In this document: in pieces, positions 37,562 through 48,106 of the stretch
How positions within the stretch are numbered: the stretch's first letter is position 1
How the letters are laid out: each line of letters begins with the position of its first letter
NCBI RefSeq assembly: GCF_001194135.2
Contig: NC_068987.1
Location: 63,058,233-63,122,232 of the forward strand
Direction: 5' to 3'
Length of the DNA stretch: 64,000 nucleotides
Source: Octopus bimaculoides
Lineage: Eukaryota
Program-made: the position numbers and the translations under genes
The notes under the pieces: model-generated
Seen by the model: only the letters and a program-made list of their open reading frames with translations
The model's database searches: none
What the model was told of the DNA's origin: nothing

Positions 37562-39074
37562 ATGTATGTGTGTATATATGTATGTGTGTGTGTATATGTA
37601 TGTATATTATATATATATANNNNNNNNNNNNNNNNNNNNNNNNNNNNNNNNNNNNNNNNNNNNNNNNNNNNNNNNNNNNNNNNNNNNNNNNNNNNNNNNN
37701 NNNNNNNNNNNNNNNNNNNNNNNNNNNNNNNNNNNNNNNNNNNNNNNNNNNNNNNNNNNNNNNNNNNNNNNNNNNNNNNNNNNNNNNNNNNNNNNNNNNN
37801 NNNNNNNNNNNNNNNNNNNNNNNNNNNNNNNNNNNNNNNNNNNNNNNNNNNNNNNNNNNNNNNNNNNNNNNNNNNNNNNNNNNNNNNNNNNNNNNNNNNN
37901 NNNNNNNNNNNNNNNNNNNNNNNNNNNNNNNNNNNNNNNNNNNNNNNNNNNNNNNNNNNNNNNNNNNNNNNNNNNNNNNNNNNNNNNNNNNNNNNNNNNN
38001 NNNNNNNNNNNNNNNNNNNNNNNNNNNNNNNNNNNNNNNNNNNCTTTGATGAGAGAGATAAATTCTTGGCAATCTTATGTATACTTTTCCAGTGAAATTC
38101 TTCACTGATATCGAAAAGGTGAAAACAAGGAATGTTAATTCTCTAAATGAAGTATTAACAGTAACTGCACGATAAAGTGAAGTATATTGCCACTTAAGTG
38201 TGGCTGACCCCTAGGGGTGGATGTTACTGTTGCTTTTAGCCCCAGGAGGACATCTCCTCCAGCTGGCAAACAGGACATAGTAGTGTGTCGATAAGCCAGC
38301 TGGAGGAGATGTCCTCCTGGGGCTAAAAGCAACAGCCAGAGGAGACAGGGTCCATTATGAGCTTGCGAAACTTGAAGTAGCACGGAATCTGAATCGAACT
38401 GTTTTGAATAATACATGTAACACCTAATAAATGTGTTGAGTGCCCACTCACTCATATATATGTGCGTATGTGTGTGTGTGTGTGTATCATCATCATCGTT
38501 TAACGTCCGCTTTCCATGCTAGCATGGGTTGGATGATTTGACTGAGGACTGGTGAAACCAGATGGCTACACCAGGCTTCAATCTGATTTGGCAGAGTTTC
38601 TACAGCTGGATGCCCTTCCTAACGCCAACCACTCAGATAGTGTAGTGGGTGCTTTTACGTGCCACCGTCATGAAGGCCAGTCAGGAGGTACTGGCAATGG
38701 CCGTATATATNNNNNNNNNNNNNNNNNNNNNNNNNNNNNNNNNNNNNNNNNNNNNNNNNNNNNNNNNNNNNNNNNNNNNNNNNNNNNNNNNNNNNNNNNN
38801 NNNNNNNNNNNNNNNNNNNNNNNNNNNNNNNNNNNNNNNNNNNNNNNNNNNNNNNNNNNNNNNNNNNNNNNNNNNNNNNNNNNNNNNNNNNNNNNNNNNN
38901 NNNNNNNNNNNNNNNNNNNNNNNNNNNNNNNNNNNNNNNNNNNNNNNNNNNNNNNNNNNNNNNNNNNNNNNNNNNNNNNNNNNNNNNNNNNNNNNNNNNN
39001 NNNNNNNNNNNNNNNNNNNNNNNNNNNNNNNNNNNNNNNNNNNNNNNNNNNNNNNNNNNNNNNNNNNNNNNTTT

Positions 39075-39109
<35 letters not shown>

Positions 39110-39958
39110 CTGTTACATATATATACAAATATGTATATTTGTATGTATATATATATATATATATATATTGGTGTATATATGTCAAAATCACTTTAATGAC
39201 CACTTTTCCATGCTTGTATAGGTTGGATGGAGTTTTGTTGAGATGAATTTGTAGCATGGTTATGATGAAAGACTTCTCCGTATATATACATCCTTTATGT
39301 ATAAATTGAGACACAAAGTGTTCATTTCAATACATGGAGAATAAACTGTGTATGAAATGACATATTACAAGTGCAGCAAATCTTCATCAGAAATTCACAT
39401 TTAGGCTGATTTTACACATCTATGCATATTCTTGTTGCCAGTTGCTATGATATGTTTCTTCAGCTATTGCATTGGGTTGAGTATGTAGCTGTGGAAACAG
39501 CTATTAGTGAAATTTGTGCTGGGTTGAGCATGTAGCAAAAGAATTCATCAACGAACAAATTCATCAAGGAACAAGTTTGCTCATGGTCTGAATTCACTTT
39601 GGCTTTTTCATACCAAAACCATTTGTAGCCTCTGTTCACAGAAAGTTCTTGTGATTGTCACCAAATTATCACATGAACAAAGAGCGCTGATTGGCTGAAA
39701 TGGGGGCTGCACTCATGATGAACTTGTGGTTTACATGTAGCTGAAAGTGGGGTTGAAACCAACTTTTAAGATTTTTACTACAACTGGATGCCCTTCCTCT
39801 CACCAACCCTCATCTGTTTCCTAGTAGGTTAATATTTCCCCATGACTAGATATGTTTTCATGGAAGATTGGTAATGAAAGACACCACCTGCATGATGGTA
39901 ACATTTATTTCCAACTGTCACACGATGTTAAGGCAAGGAGACAGTAACACACACACAC

Positions 39959-39990
<32 letters not shown>

Positions 39991-40083
39991 TTATGTACTC
40001 ACATACAATATTATTCACAAATTGTGACATAAAAGAAATAAGCAACACAATAGTCAATATATAATATGCTACAATATGTAATA

Positions 40084-40347
40084 GGTGGAGGCGCGTGGCT
40101 TAGTGGTTAGGGTGTCAGCATCATGATCGTAAGATTGTGGTTTCAATTCCTGGACCAGGCGACGCGTTGTGTTCGTGAGCAAAACACTTCATTTCATGTT
40201 GCTCCAGTCCACTCAGCTGGCAAAAATGAGTAACTTTGCGATGGACTGGCATCCCGTCCAGCTGGGGAACATATACGCCATTGAAACTGGGAAACCGGGC
40301 CTATGAGCCTGGCTAGGCTTTAAAAGGGCGCATTTATTTTTTTTTTT
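40084..40347 (+). mobile_element. tRNA-derived SINE family D with target-site duplication
   Basis: A box TGGCTTAGTGG, B box GGTTTCAATTCC, T-rich tail; perfect 14-bp TSD tacaatatgtaata at 40070-40083 and 40348-40361. Confidence 0.9.
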
Positions 40348-40511
40348 TACAATATGTAATACATACCTCAATTTTTAGGACTTGAACTGTCTTAAATACC
40401 TAATACCATTTATAATTCACAGTGTTGCCCAACTGGCTACAAAAGTGTATCTCAGATCTACCACAAGCCTGAAGGCTCATAATACAGGAGCTTATCCTAT
40501 TTCAACGGCAT

Positions 40512-40767
40512 TTAACCCTTTAGCATTCAGATAATTCTGTGAAATTGTGAAATGTAATATTTATTTACTGACACCCTTTTGAAATAATCATGGATTATGT
40601 TGTAGCTTTGAAATTTCAATGAAGTGATTGTTTATTTTTTTTAAGAGTGACATTGTAAGGTAGGTATGAGATGCCAGATCTAGCTGGTTTCAACATGGAA
40701 CAAGTAGGATATTTGGGTTGGATATGGCTGGTTTAAATGCAAGATGTTGGCATTTAAACCAGCCATA
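40512..40767 (+). mobile_element. Second copy of the piggyBac-like element, 3' TIR replaced by a fold-back
   Basis: Starts ttaaccctttagcattcagat; interior matches 34575-34715; ends in an 18-bp inverted repeat. Confidence 0.6.
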
Positions 40768-41074
40768 AGGTTATTGCATCGTGGTTGGCTTCACCTGGGC
40801 TCACACCCGTGACTTCCATTGTTTGCCACAAAGCCTTCCTATTTTTACTGGTGATTGTGCCACCTAAAATTTTAGACCCAATAAAGCTTGCACAATATCA
40901 TACACACTCTGTTAACATGACTCACAGACATGCCAGGGCAAGATATCCTGTGCTAATATGGGTCACCAGCTCAGGAATGTGAGAGTGCCATTATCTCAAG
41001 CGCAAGCAAAAGATCCCCAAAATGTCCAATCCCATTCCCTACATGTCCGGTTTTAAATCAGAGTGACCTTCTCA

Positions 41075-41290
41075 TATGGCAGTGAGCTGGCAGAAATGTT
41101 AGCACGCCTAGCGAATGCTTAGCAGTATTTCATCTGTCTTTATGTTCTGAGTTCAAATTCCGCTGAAGTCGATTTTGCCTTTCATCCTTTCGGGGGTTGA
41201 TAAATTAAGTACCAGTTGCATACTGGGGTCAATCTAATCGACTGGCTCTCTCCCCAAAAATTTCAGGCCTTGTGCCTAGAGTAGAAAAGA
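41075..41290 (+). mobile_element. SINE family C, full-length; other copies at about 9775-9940 (-), 11930-12035 (-), 18505-18690 (+), 35205-35345 (-), 36040-36225 (-), 52960-53620 (three, +), 57775-57970 (-), 59289-59544 (two, inverted)
   Basis: Shared ggcagaa.cgttagc..ctgagttcaaattcc..gtcgactttgcctttcatcc..aagtaccagtt..ttcaggccttgtgcctagagtagaaaag; B-box-like gagttcaaattc. Confidence 0.85.
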
Positions 41291-41568
41291 GTGACCTCAT
41301 ACACCCATACATACATACATGCATACACACAGACACATAAATGCTAGCAAACAAAATTAATCTATATAATCTATTAAATTATCTATAAATACATGTATTA
41401 TATACATTCCTAATTTTAGTGAAAAAAATGTGCGTTTTGTACATTGGTTTTTTCCAGTAATTGTTGAAATGTCTGGATTGGCCTTCCTAGTGTTGACCAA
41501 TTCAGCTGTGAAGTTAGGAGCAGAGTCTATATTTTGTTCAGTAAGACAAACTGGTGCAAGTAGAGTTA

Positions 41569-41653
41569 CATCTATTGTTCAGTACACAGCACTGTTCACA
41601 GCATCTATTGTTCAGTACACAGCACTGTTCACAGCATCTATTGTTCAGTACAC
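41569..41653. repeat. 33-bp minisatellite, 2.6 copies
   Basis: Unit catctattgttcagtacacagcactgttcacag exact at 41569-41601 and 41602-41634, partial at 41635-41653. Confidence 0.95.
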
Positions 41654-42799
41654 TGCAGGCAGATTTAAACTTAGGATCCTGTCATCACTTGTCCAGTATT
41701 ATTAATTAAATTGACTTACACCTCATTGATACGTTCTTGAATTATTGAACAACTAACCAATCTTTGAGTCTTTTGCATTTTGCCATTGGCAGTGCACTTT
41801 TTCTATAATAGAAATATGTTTGTATTATAATCCTGAATGTTTGAAATCCCAAATGGCTAGAATTTTGAAAACAAACATCTTTACAAGTTCATCTCAGGCT
41901 ACATTATCTAATATGCTCTTCCTTTTTTTCCAAAGATGGTTGGATATAATTTGAAAGAGATTTGGCTACTGTTTTCAGCAGACCAAGAATTTACCACAGC
42001 ATAGTGGTATAATTCGCCACTAAGTATTGGCCTGTAAAACTGAGTAATACTGAGATCAATCCTTGCTTTAAGCTCTCTGCAGGGAAAGTTAACTTGCAAT
42101 AGACTAATATCCTATCAAGGGGAAGATTTACCTCTCATCAGGCCTAGCAAGATCTGTGACAGATGTACTAGTCCCAGTGTATCCACAGACAAGTGACCTT
42201 ATGGTTAACCTTTTTTATACCAACCTATCTGAGTCTACATCTGATTCAATGGTATCTTTTATCTTTTATTTTTTAATTGTTTCAGTCATTAGACTGTGGC
42301 CATCCTGGGGCACTACCTGGAAGAATTTTTAGTTGAATGAATTGACCCTAGTACTTTTTTTCTTTTTAATTTTTAAGCCTGGTACTTATTCTATTGTTCT
42401 CTTTGCTGAACTGCTAAGTTATGGGGACATAAACACATTAACACTGGTTGTCAAGCTGTGGTGGGGGACCAACACAGGCATAATGACTCACATGTATACA
42501 AGCATACGCACACATGTACAGGACAGGTTTCTTTCAGTTTCTGTCTACCAAATCCACTCACAAGGTTTTGGTCAGACCAAAGCAATAGTAGCGGACACTT
42601 GCCCAAGGTACCACACAGTGAGATGAACCTGGAACCATGTGGTTGGGAAGCAGGCTTCTTACCATACAGCCATGCCTACAAACTTTCTGTTTATAGTAAT
42701 TCTAAATTAAAATATACATCAAAATTTCATGTTCATTTATGTTTCAAACACCAACTTAGATCCACATTACTATTTTATCATGGTACAATTTCCCTTCAG

Positions 42800-42954
42800 G
42801 ACATGTTACCTATGGAAAAGAAACTGTTTGAAGAGATGGCTCAGAAGGACAAGATTCGGTACGAAAATGAAATGGCTAACTATGTGCCACCCCCCGGTGA
42901 AATTAAACGGAAACGGAAACAAGTTAAAGATCCGAATGCTCCAAAACGTTGTCT
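42800..42954 (+). CDS. HMGB: HMGB/Dsp1-like protein, internal coding exon (end of HMG box A, linker, start of box B)
   Basis: Acceptor tcccttcAG at 42798-42799, donor GTgagt at 42955. 155 nt encode [51 protein letters not shown] plus a split Leu codon. The FEEMA..DK.RY..EM..Y.PP and KDPNAPKR motifs are diagnostic of HMGB/Dsp1. The symbol is family level only. Confidence 0.93.
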
Positions 42955-45224
42955 GTGAGTGGAAGTTTACTCTGTACTCTGGAAATTTTTCAAACTTTAT
43001 TTTCTATTATTTCTTTTAATTCATTATTTTGCATCTTGTATATAGAGACATATGTGTAAGTATCATCATCATCATCATATCATCATCATTAAATATCTGT
43101 TTTCCATGCTTACATGTGTGCATGCACGTATGTGTGTGTATATATATATATATATATATTGAGAAAGAGAAAGAGAGAGAGAGAGAGATATTTATATGTA
43201 TATATGTGTATATATATACATATATATGTCCAGTTTAATATCATCACCTGCCTTTAGAACAGTCCACTCTGTAACAAGCACTCTGGCCAAGTTTCTGGTC
43301 TGAGGATAATTCACACCAGTTTTGGAGACTGTGACAAGGTTCATGGGTACTACTCTGTCTTCTGTGATTAAGCATCATAAAAAGAAAAAGGTCAATTGAA
43401 ATCTTCTGTTTTACTAACTCTTTATCTGCAAAACATTGTAATACAGTGTTTTCTAACATATAAGCCAACATAGAGTATAAAATAAACATGTAGTGTAATC
43501 ATTCAAACATAGTTACCATCTTTCCAAATCCTGCTGCATTTCACTTGGAATTTTTGGCAACTTTGGTTAGAAAAATTCAACTTGTATCCTGGAAAACATT
43601 GTAATAACTAACAAATTGTTGTTAGTATTGTTATTGAGCCTGTCCAGGGAGTTCTGTTCAAGCAAGCCTAAATTATGCAGGTAGTCAATCAATTATTTTC
43701 AGAGCAGAATGAGGGTATGGGATTTTTTTTTCTTTTCCATTTTCAAATGGTTTGGTCTGAGGGAAGGAACTGAGACTGTGGCTCTAGCAGGTCCTCTGAC
43801 ACTGGTGAGACTGATGCAGTTGATGTTCTTGTTGAACATGAGTCAGTCAACAACAGTAGGAAAAACACTGGCAAGGAAGGAATTCCACATGGGTAGCATG
43901 GATAACATTCAAGGTAGAACTGGGATAAGTGATATGGTGTGGATCCTGGTGAGGGTAGTGGTAGACACAATATGGATAATGAGGGGAGGAAAGGGGAGTG
44001 AGTCACATGTGTCAAAGTGAAGGTGGTATGTAATCAGTGGGCTCTGAGAGAGGCCACTGTCATAGTGATAGAAACGACAGAGGGGGGTAAACTACGTATT
44101 TAGGGACCAAAAGTAGGAGTATGTTGGTGGTGTGACTTCCTGCCAAGTGGTTACATGTCTTTTATTTAAAAAATTTTGTTTTTAATGCAATCTCAGGCGT
44201 TTGTATGTGTAGCAGTAGCATCATCAACCTCCTGCTCTGCTGTGCAGTGGAATGTTACATCAGAAACTGTGTACAAGTTGGAGCATGTTCAGTGTATTTT
44301 GCCTCCTTGTCTGTTCATATATTGGGAACTGTTGATGCCTTAAGATAACCCTTTACCTATCCAAAGTATTTCTATTAGTTTGTCCTTAATATCCATTCTT
44401 GTTTTCGGACTTTTAGTTAGCCCTTGTTTCATGCATTCAGAGTAATATAAAACTTTCCTTTCATAAGGACCAAAGTACTCTGGTAGTTAAAAAGAATTGG
44501 TAATGTGTATAATTTATGATGCATGGACACCTGGGAAATACATCCTGTGTGTCACGTGTTACACAGGACAGAGAAAGGGTTCGTAAGTAATTGCATAACT
44601 AGTTAAAAGAGTTGAGAAGTTACTTATCCTTTTGTGTTTGTACTACATCTCTCCATGGCTAAAACACTTAAGTCTCATCTGCTAAGTTCATCTAGCTTTA
44701 AAACATTGTTGTTTAGATTCATATCAGCCTTGATAGTGTAAACAGATCTCTGATCAAAGGCCATTCTGGCTACGATCATATCTGATATTCTAGAATAGTG
44801 TACCTTGGACAATATTATTTAATGTATTCTTATTTAAGATGACAGTGAATGGTTGGAGGAAGATTTGCCTGCTATTTCTAGCAGGTCGAATGACCTCATA
44901 GAATTTTCTTCTTACCTCTGTAAGTAGTGGCACTCTTGTGTAATTTATGTAAGTTATGTTGGTGTGTAGTGTTATGATCAGTGGAAAAATATATGTCTAT
45001 AATAGGCCAGCTACAGATCCAGAAGATTTATCTCCCTTCATTCCAAAACCATACCAACTTACCTTGTGAATTCTTGTGATTCAAATAAGTGTTAGCTTTC
45101 TTGTGCAGTTGAAGATCCTAATGGTAACTGCAATGAATACAAAGTAAGGTGGAGCTCAAATTCTATTCGACATGTTGATACCTTGGAATTTGTAAGATAT
45201 GTTTAACAGTCCCTAGAAAAGAAT

Positions 45225-45380
45225 AGTACTCAAATACCGAAAGTAGAGTTATATGTTTTTATTAAAGCTGCAAAATTATTACAAGACTGTTACTCAGAGT
45301 TTCATATTCCTGTTCGTTGGACAGTTGTGATGAAAACTTATCACAACCATCTAGTGTACGCGTAGCTTTAATAAAGTATA
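45225..45380 (-). mobile_element. Penelope-like terminal fragment with a degenerate hammerhead motif
   Basis: Abuts (TA)n at 45380; ACTGT-CCAACGA..GAAA-CTCTGAG-TA-ACAGT at 45286-45325. Confidence 0.5.
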
Positions 45381-46211
45381 TATATATATATATATATATA
45401 TAGTTTTAGGGAAATTAATAATTTTCATCGATGAGTTCTTGAAAACTGGTTATTTTCCCTAAAACTATATATTATATATACTTTATCTATAAGGCTCAAT
45501 TTAATTTTAATTTTTTATAAATTGATTTTAATTGAGTTTTTTACCTGTAATTTTGGATTTTGTCCCTAATATTATNNNNNNNNNNNNNNNNNNNNNNNNN
45601 NNNNNNNNNNNNNNNNNNNNNNNNNNNNNNNNNNNNNNNNNNNNNNNNNNNNNNNNNNNNNNNNNNNNNNNNNNNNNNNNNNNNNNNNNNNNNNNNNNNN
45701 NNNNNNNNNNNNNNNNNNNNNNNNATATATATGTGTATATATCATCATCATTATAATTTAATGTCTATTTTCCATGCTGGCATGGATTGGACGGTTTGTA
45801 ATCCTGGCCCTCAGCTCATCCTTTGTATTGTAGCTGGATTTGTTGGTCTCTCATTCCACCACACCCCACATAAAGAAGTTGAGAGGGTTGCAGTCAGGTG
45901 GGTTAGGATGCCAAGCATCAGGTTCCACTGAAGAAGTGCATATGTATTTATATATATACACACACATGAAAGGCTTCCACACAGTTTTTGTATATCAAAC
46001 TCACTCACTTGGCATTGGTCGGCCTGGGGCTATAGTAAAAAATAATTTACCCATGGTGCTGTGCAGTGGAACTGAACCCCAAACTATGTGGTTTCAAAGC
46101 GAACTTCTCAACCATATAGCCATGTCTGTGCCTTATTTACCTCTGCTCCTTATATTACAGTCACATTAATTTACTTTACATCTTCTCTTTCATTTCTATT
46201 TTCATTTTCAG

Positions 46212-46386
46212 CTCGGCGTTTTTCATCTTCTGTAAGGACCACAGAGCAAAGCTGATTGAAGAAAAACCAGAATTAAAAGTATCTGAAGTGGCTACACTGC
46301 TGGGAAAGATGTGGAAATTATCGACACCTGAGGTGAAGAAATCATATGAAGAAAGAGCAGCACAAGATAGAAAACGATATGAGAAG
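46212..46386 (+). CDS. HMGB: HMGB/Dsp1-like protein, HMG box B exon
   Basis: Acceptor cattttcAG at 46210-46211, donor GTaatt at 46387. 175 nt whose phase is compatible with the previous exon. Encodes (L)SAFFIFCKDHRAKLIEEKPELKVSEVATLLGKMWKLSTPEVKKSYEERAAQDRKRYEK. Confidence 0.93.
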
Positions 46387-46661
46387 GTAATTGTTTTGTT
46401 TGTTCAAGAGTTTTATATCAAAGCAAGTATGGCTGTGTGGTTAAGAAGTTTGCTTCGCAACCACATGTTTTGTGTTCAATCCCACTGTCTTCTACTGTAG
46501 CTCTAAGCTGACCAAAGCCTTGTGAGGGCATTTGTCAGATGGAAACTGAAAGAATCCCATTGTGTAAATTGTGTGTGTGTGTCTATGTGTGCGAGTGCAT
46601 GTGTGTGTATGTATGCGTGTATGTGAGTGTGTATATTTGTGTCTTTTTATCTTGATATTGT

Positions 46662-47042
46662 GGAAGCGCAATGGCCCAGTGGTTAGGGCAGCGAACTCGT
46701 AGTCATAGGATTGCGGTTTTGATTCCCAGACCGGGCGTTGTGAGTGTGTATTGAGCGAAAACACCTAAAGCTCCACGAGGCTTCGGCAGGGGATGGTGGC
46801 GAACCCCGCTGTACTCTTTCACCACAACTTTCTCTCACTCTTACTTCCTGTTTCTGTTGTGCCTGTAATTCAAAGGGTCAGCCTTGTCACACTGTGTCAC
46901 ACTGAATATCCCCTAGAACTACGTTAAGGGTACACGTGTCTGTGGAGTGCTCAGCCACTTGCACGTTAAGTTCACGAGCAGGCTGTTCCGTTGATTGGAT
47001 CAGCTGGAACCCTTGACGTCGTAAGCAACGGAGTGCCAACAA
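46662..47042 (+). mobile_element. tRNA-derived SINE family E inserted into a family A copy; another copy at about 33236-33551 (-)
   Basis: A box TGGCCCAGTGG, B box GGTTTTGATTCCC, (CAA)n tail; 12-bp TSD atcttgatattg / atcttgacattg at 46649-46660 and 47043-47054. Confidence 0.88.
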
Positions 47043-47459
47043 ATCTTGACATTGCATGACTGTTGTAAATTATCGTCCTTCATTTCCAGTGTTCTGTGAA
47101 AGCATGTCTGGCCCAGGTGTAATATTGCCTTGCTTGCAAACAGGTAAGGACTAGTGAAAGGAAGGACATCCAGCCATGGAAAAAGAAACTTCTTTTAAAA
47201 ATACTGCACACCATCTCACTCTTGATTACATGAACCTTTAAATGGCAGTAAAGAGTTTGCATGATTGTGTGTGCCAAGCAATCAGAAAAACAAAAATTAT
47301 CTCTTTTCCTGAAGGGTAATTTTTATAATTATTTTCACTTTAAATAAATACAAAAACTATAGTAATTGTCAGTTTCTCTTCCAATAAAATTTACAATCTC
47401 CTTGTTGAAGAGTGCCATAGATTATTCACTTTTGTCTAATGACGGCTAAATCTCTTTTA

Positions 47460-47972
47460 CTCTTTTACTTGTTTCAGTCATTTGACTGTGGCCATGCTGG
47501 AGCACCGCCTTTATAGTCGAGCAAATCGACCCCAGAGCTTATTCTTTGTAAGCCTAGTACTTATTCTATCGGTCTTTTTTGCCGAACTGCTAAGTTATGG
47601 GGACGTAAACACACCAGCATCGGTTGTCAAGCGATGCTGGGGGTCAGCCTTGTCACACTGTGTCACGCTGAATATCCCCGAGAACTACGTTNNNNNNNNN
47701 NTCTTTGTAAGCCTAGTACTTATTCTATCGGTCTTTTTTGCAGAACTGCTAAGTTATGGGGACGTAAACACACCAGCATCGGTTGTCAAGCGATGCTGGG
47801 GGTCAGCCTTGTCACACTGTGTCACGCTGAATATCCCCGAGAACTACGTTAAGGGTACACGTGTCTGTGGAGTGCTCAGCCACTTGCACGTTAATTTCAC
47901 GAGCAGGCTGTTCTGTTGATCGAATCAACTGGAACCCTCAACGTCCTAAGCGACGGAGTGCCAACAACAACT
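47460..47972. mobile_element. Chimeric SINE: reversed family A 3' part joined to the family E 3' half
   Basis: Junction at gtcaagcgatgctgggg|gtcagccttgtcacac; 47527-47691 is duplicated across a 10-N gap. Confidence 0.7.
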
Positions 47973-48106
47973 TGTTAAGATAGTGGGTGTTGTGGTGGTG
48001 GTGGTGCTTGTTAAAATTGTTGTTGTTGTGATGATAGTGGTCGTTATTGTTGCTGTAGTGGTGGTTGGCTGTGTGTTTATTAATTTGCCTTTATTGTTAA
48101 TTGCAG

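Noticed and set aside
40084-40160. tRNA-like sequence with A and B boxes (also 46662-46735)
   Set aside because: Continues into a SINE body with tail and TSD, and no complete cloverleaf is evident; SINE heads, not tRNA genes.
41569-41653. Short regularly repeated units considered as a CRISPR-like array
   Set aside because: Contiguous 33-bp tandem units with no unique spacers, in a eukaryotic intron; ordinary minisatellite.
47527-47851. Duplication of about 165 bp across a 10-N gap
   Set aside because: Same negative-gap artefact pattern.
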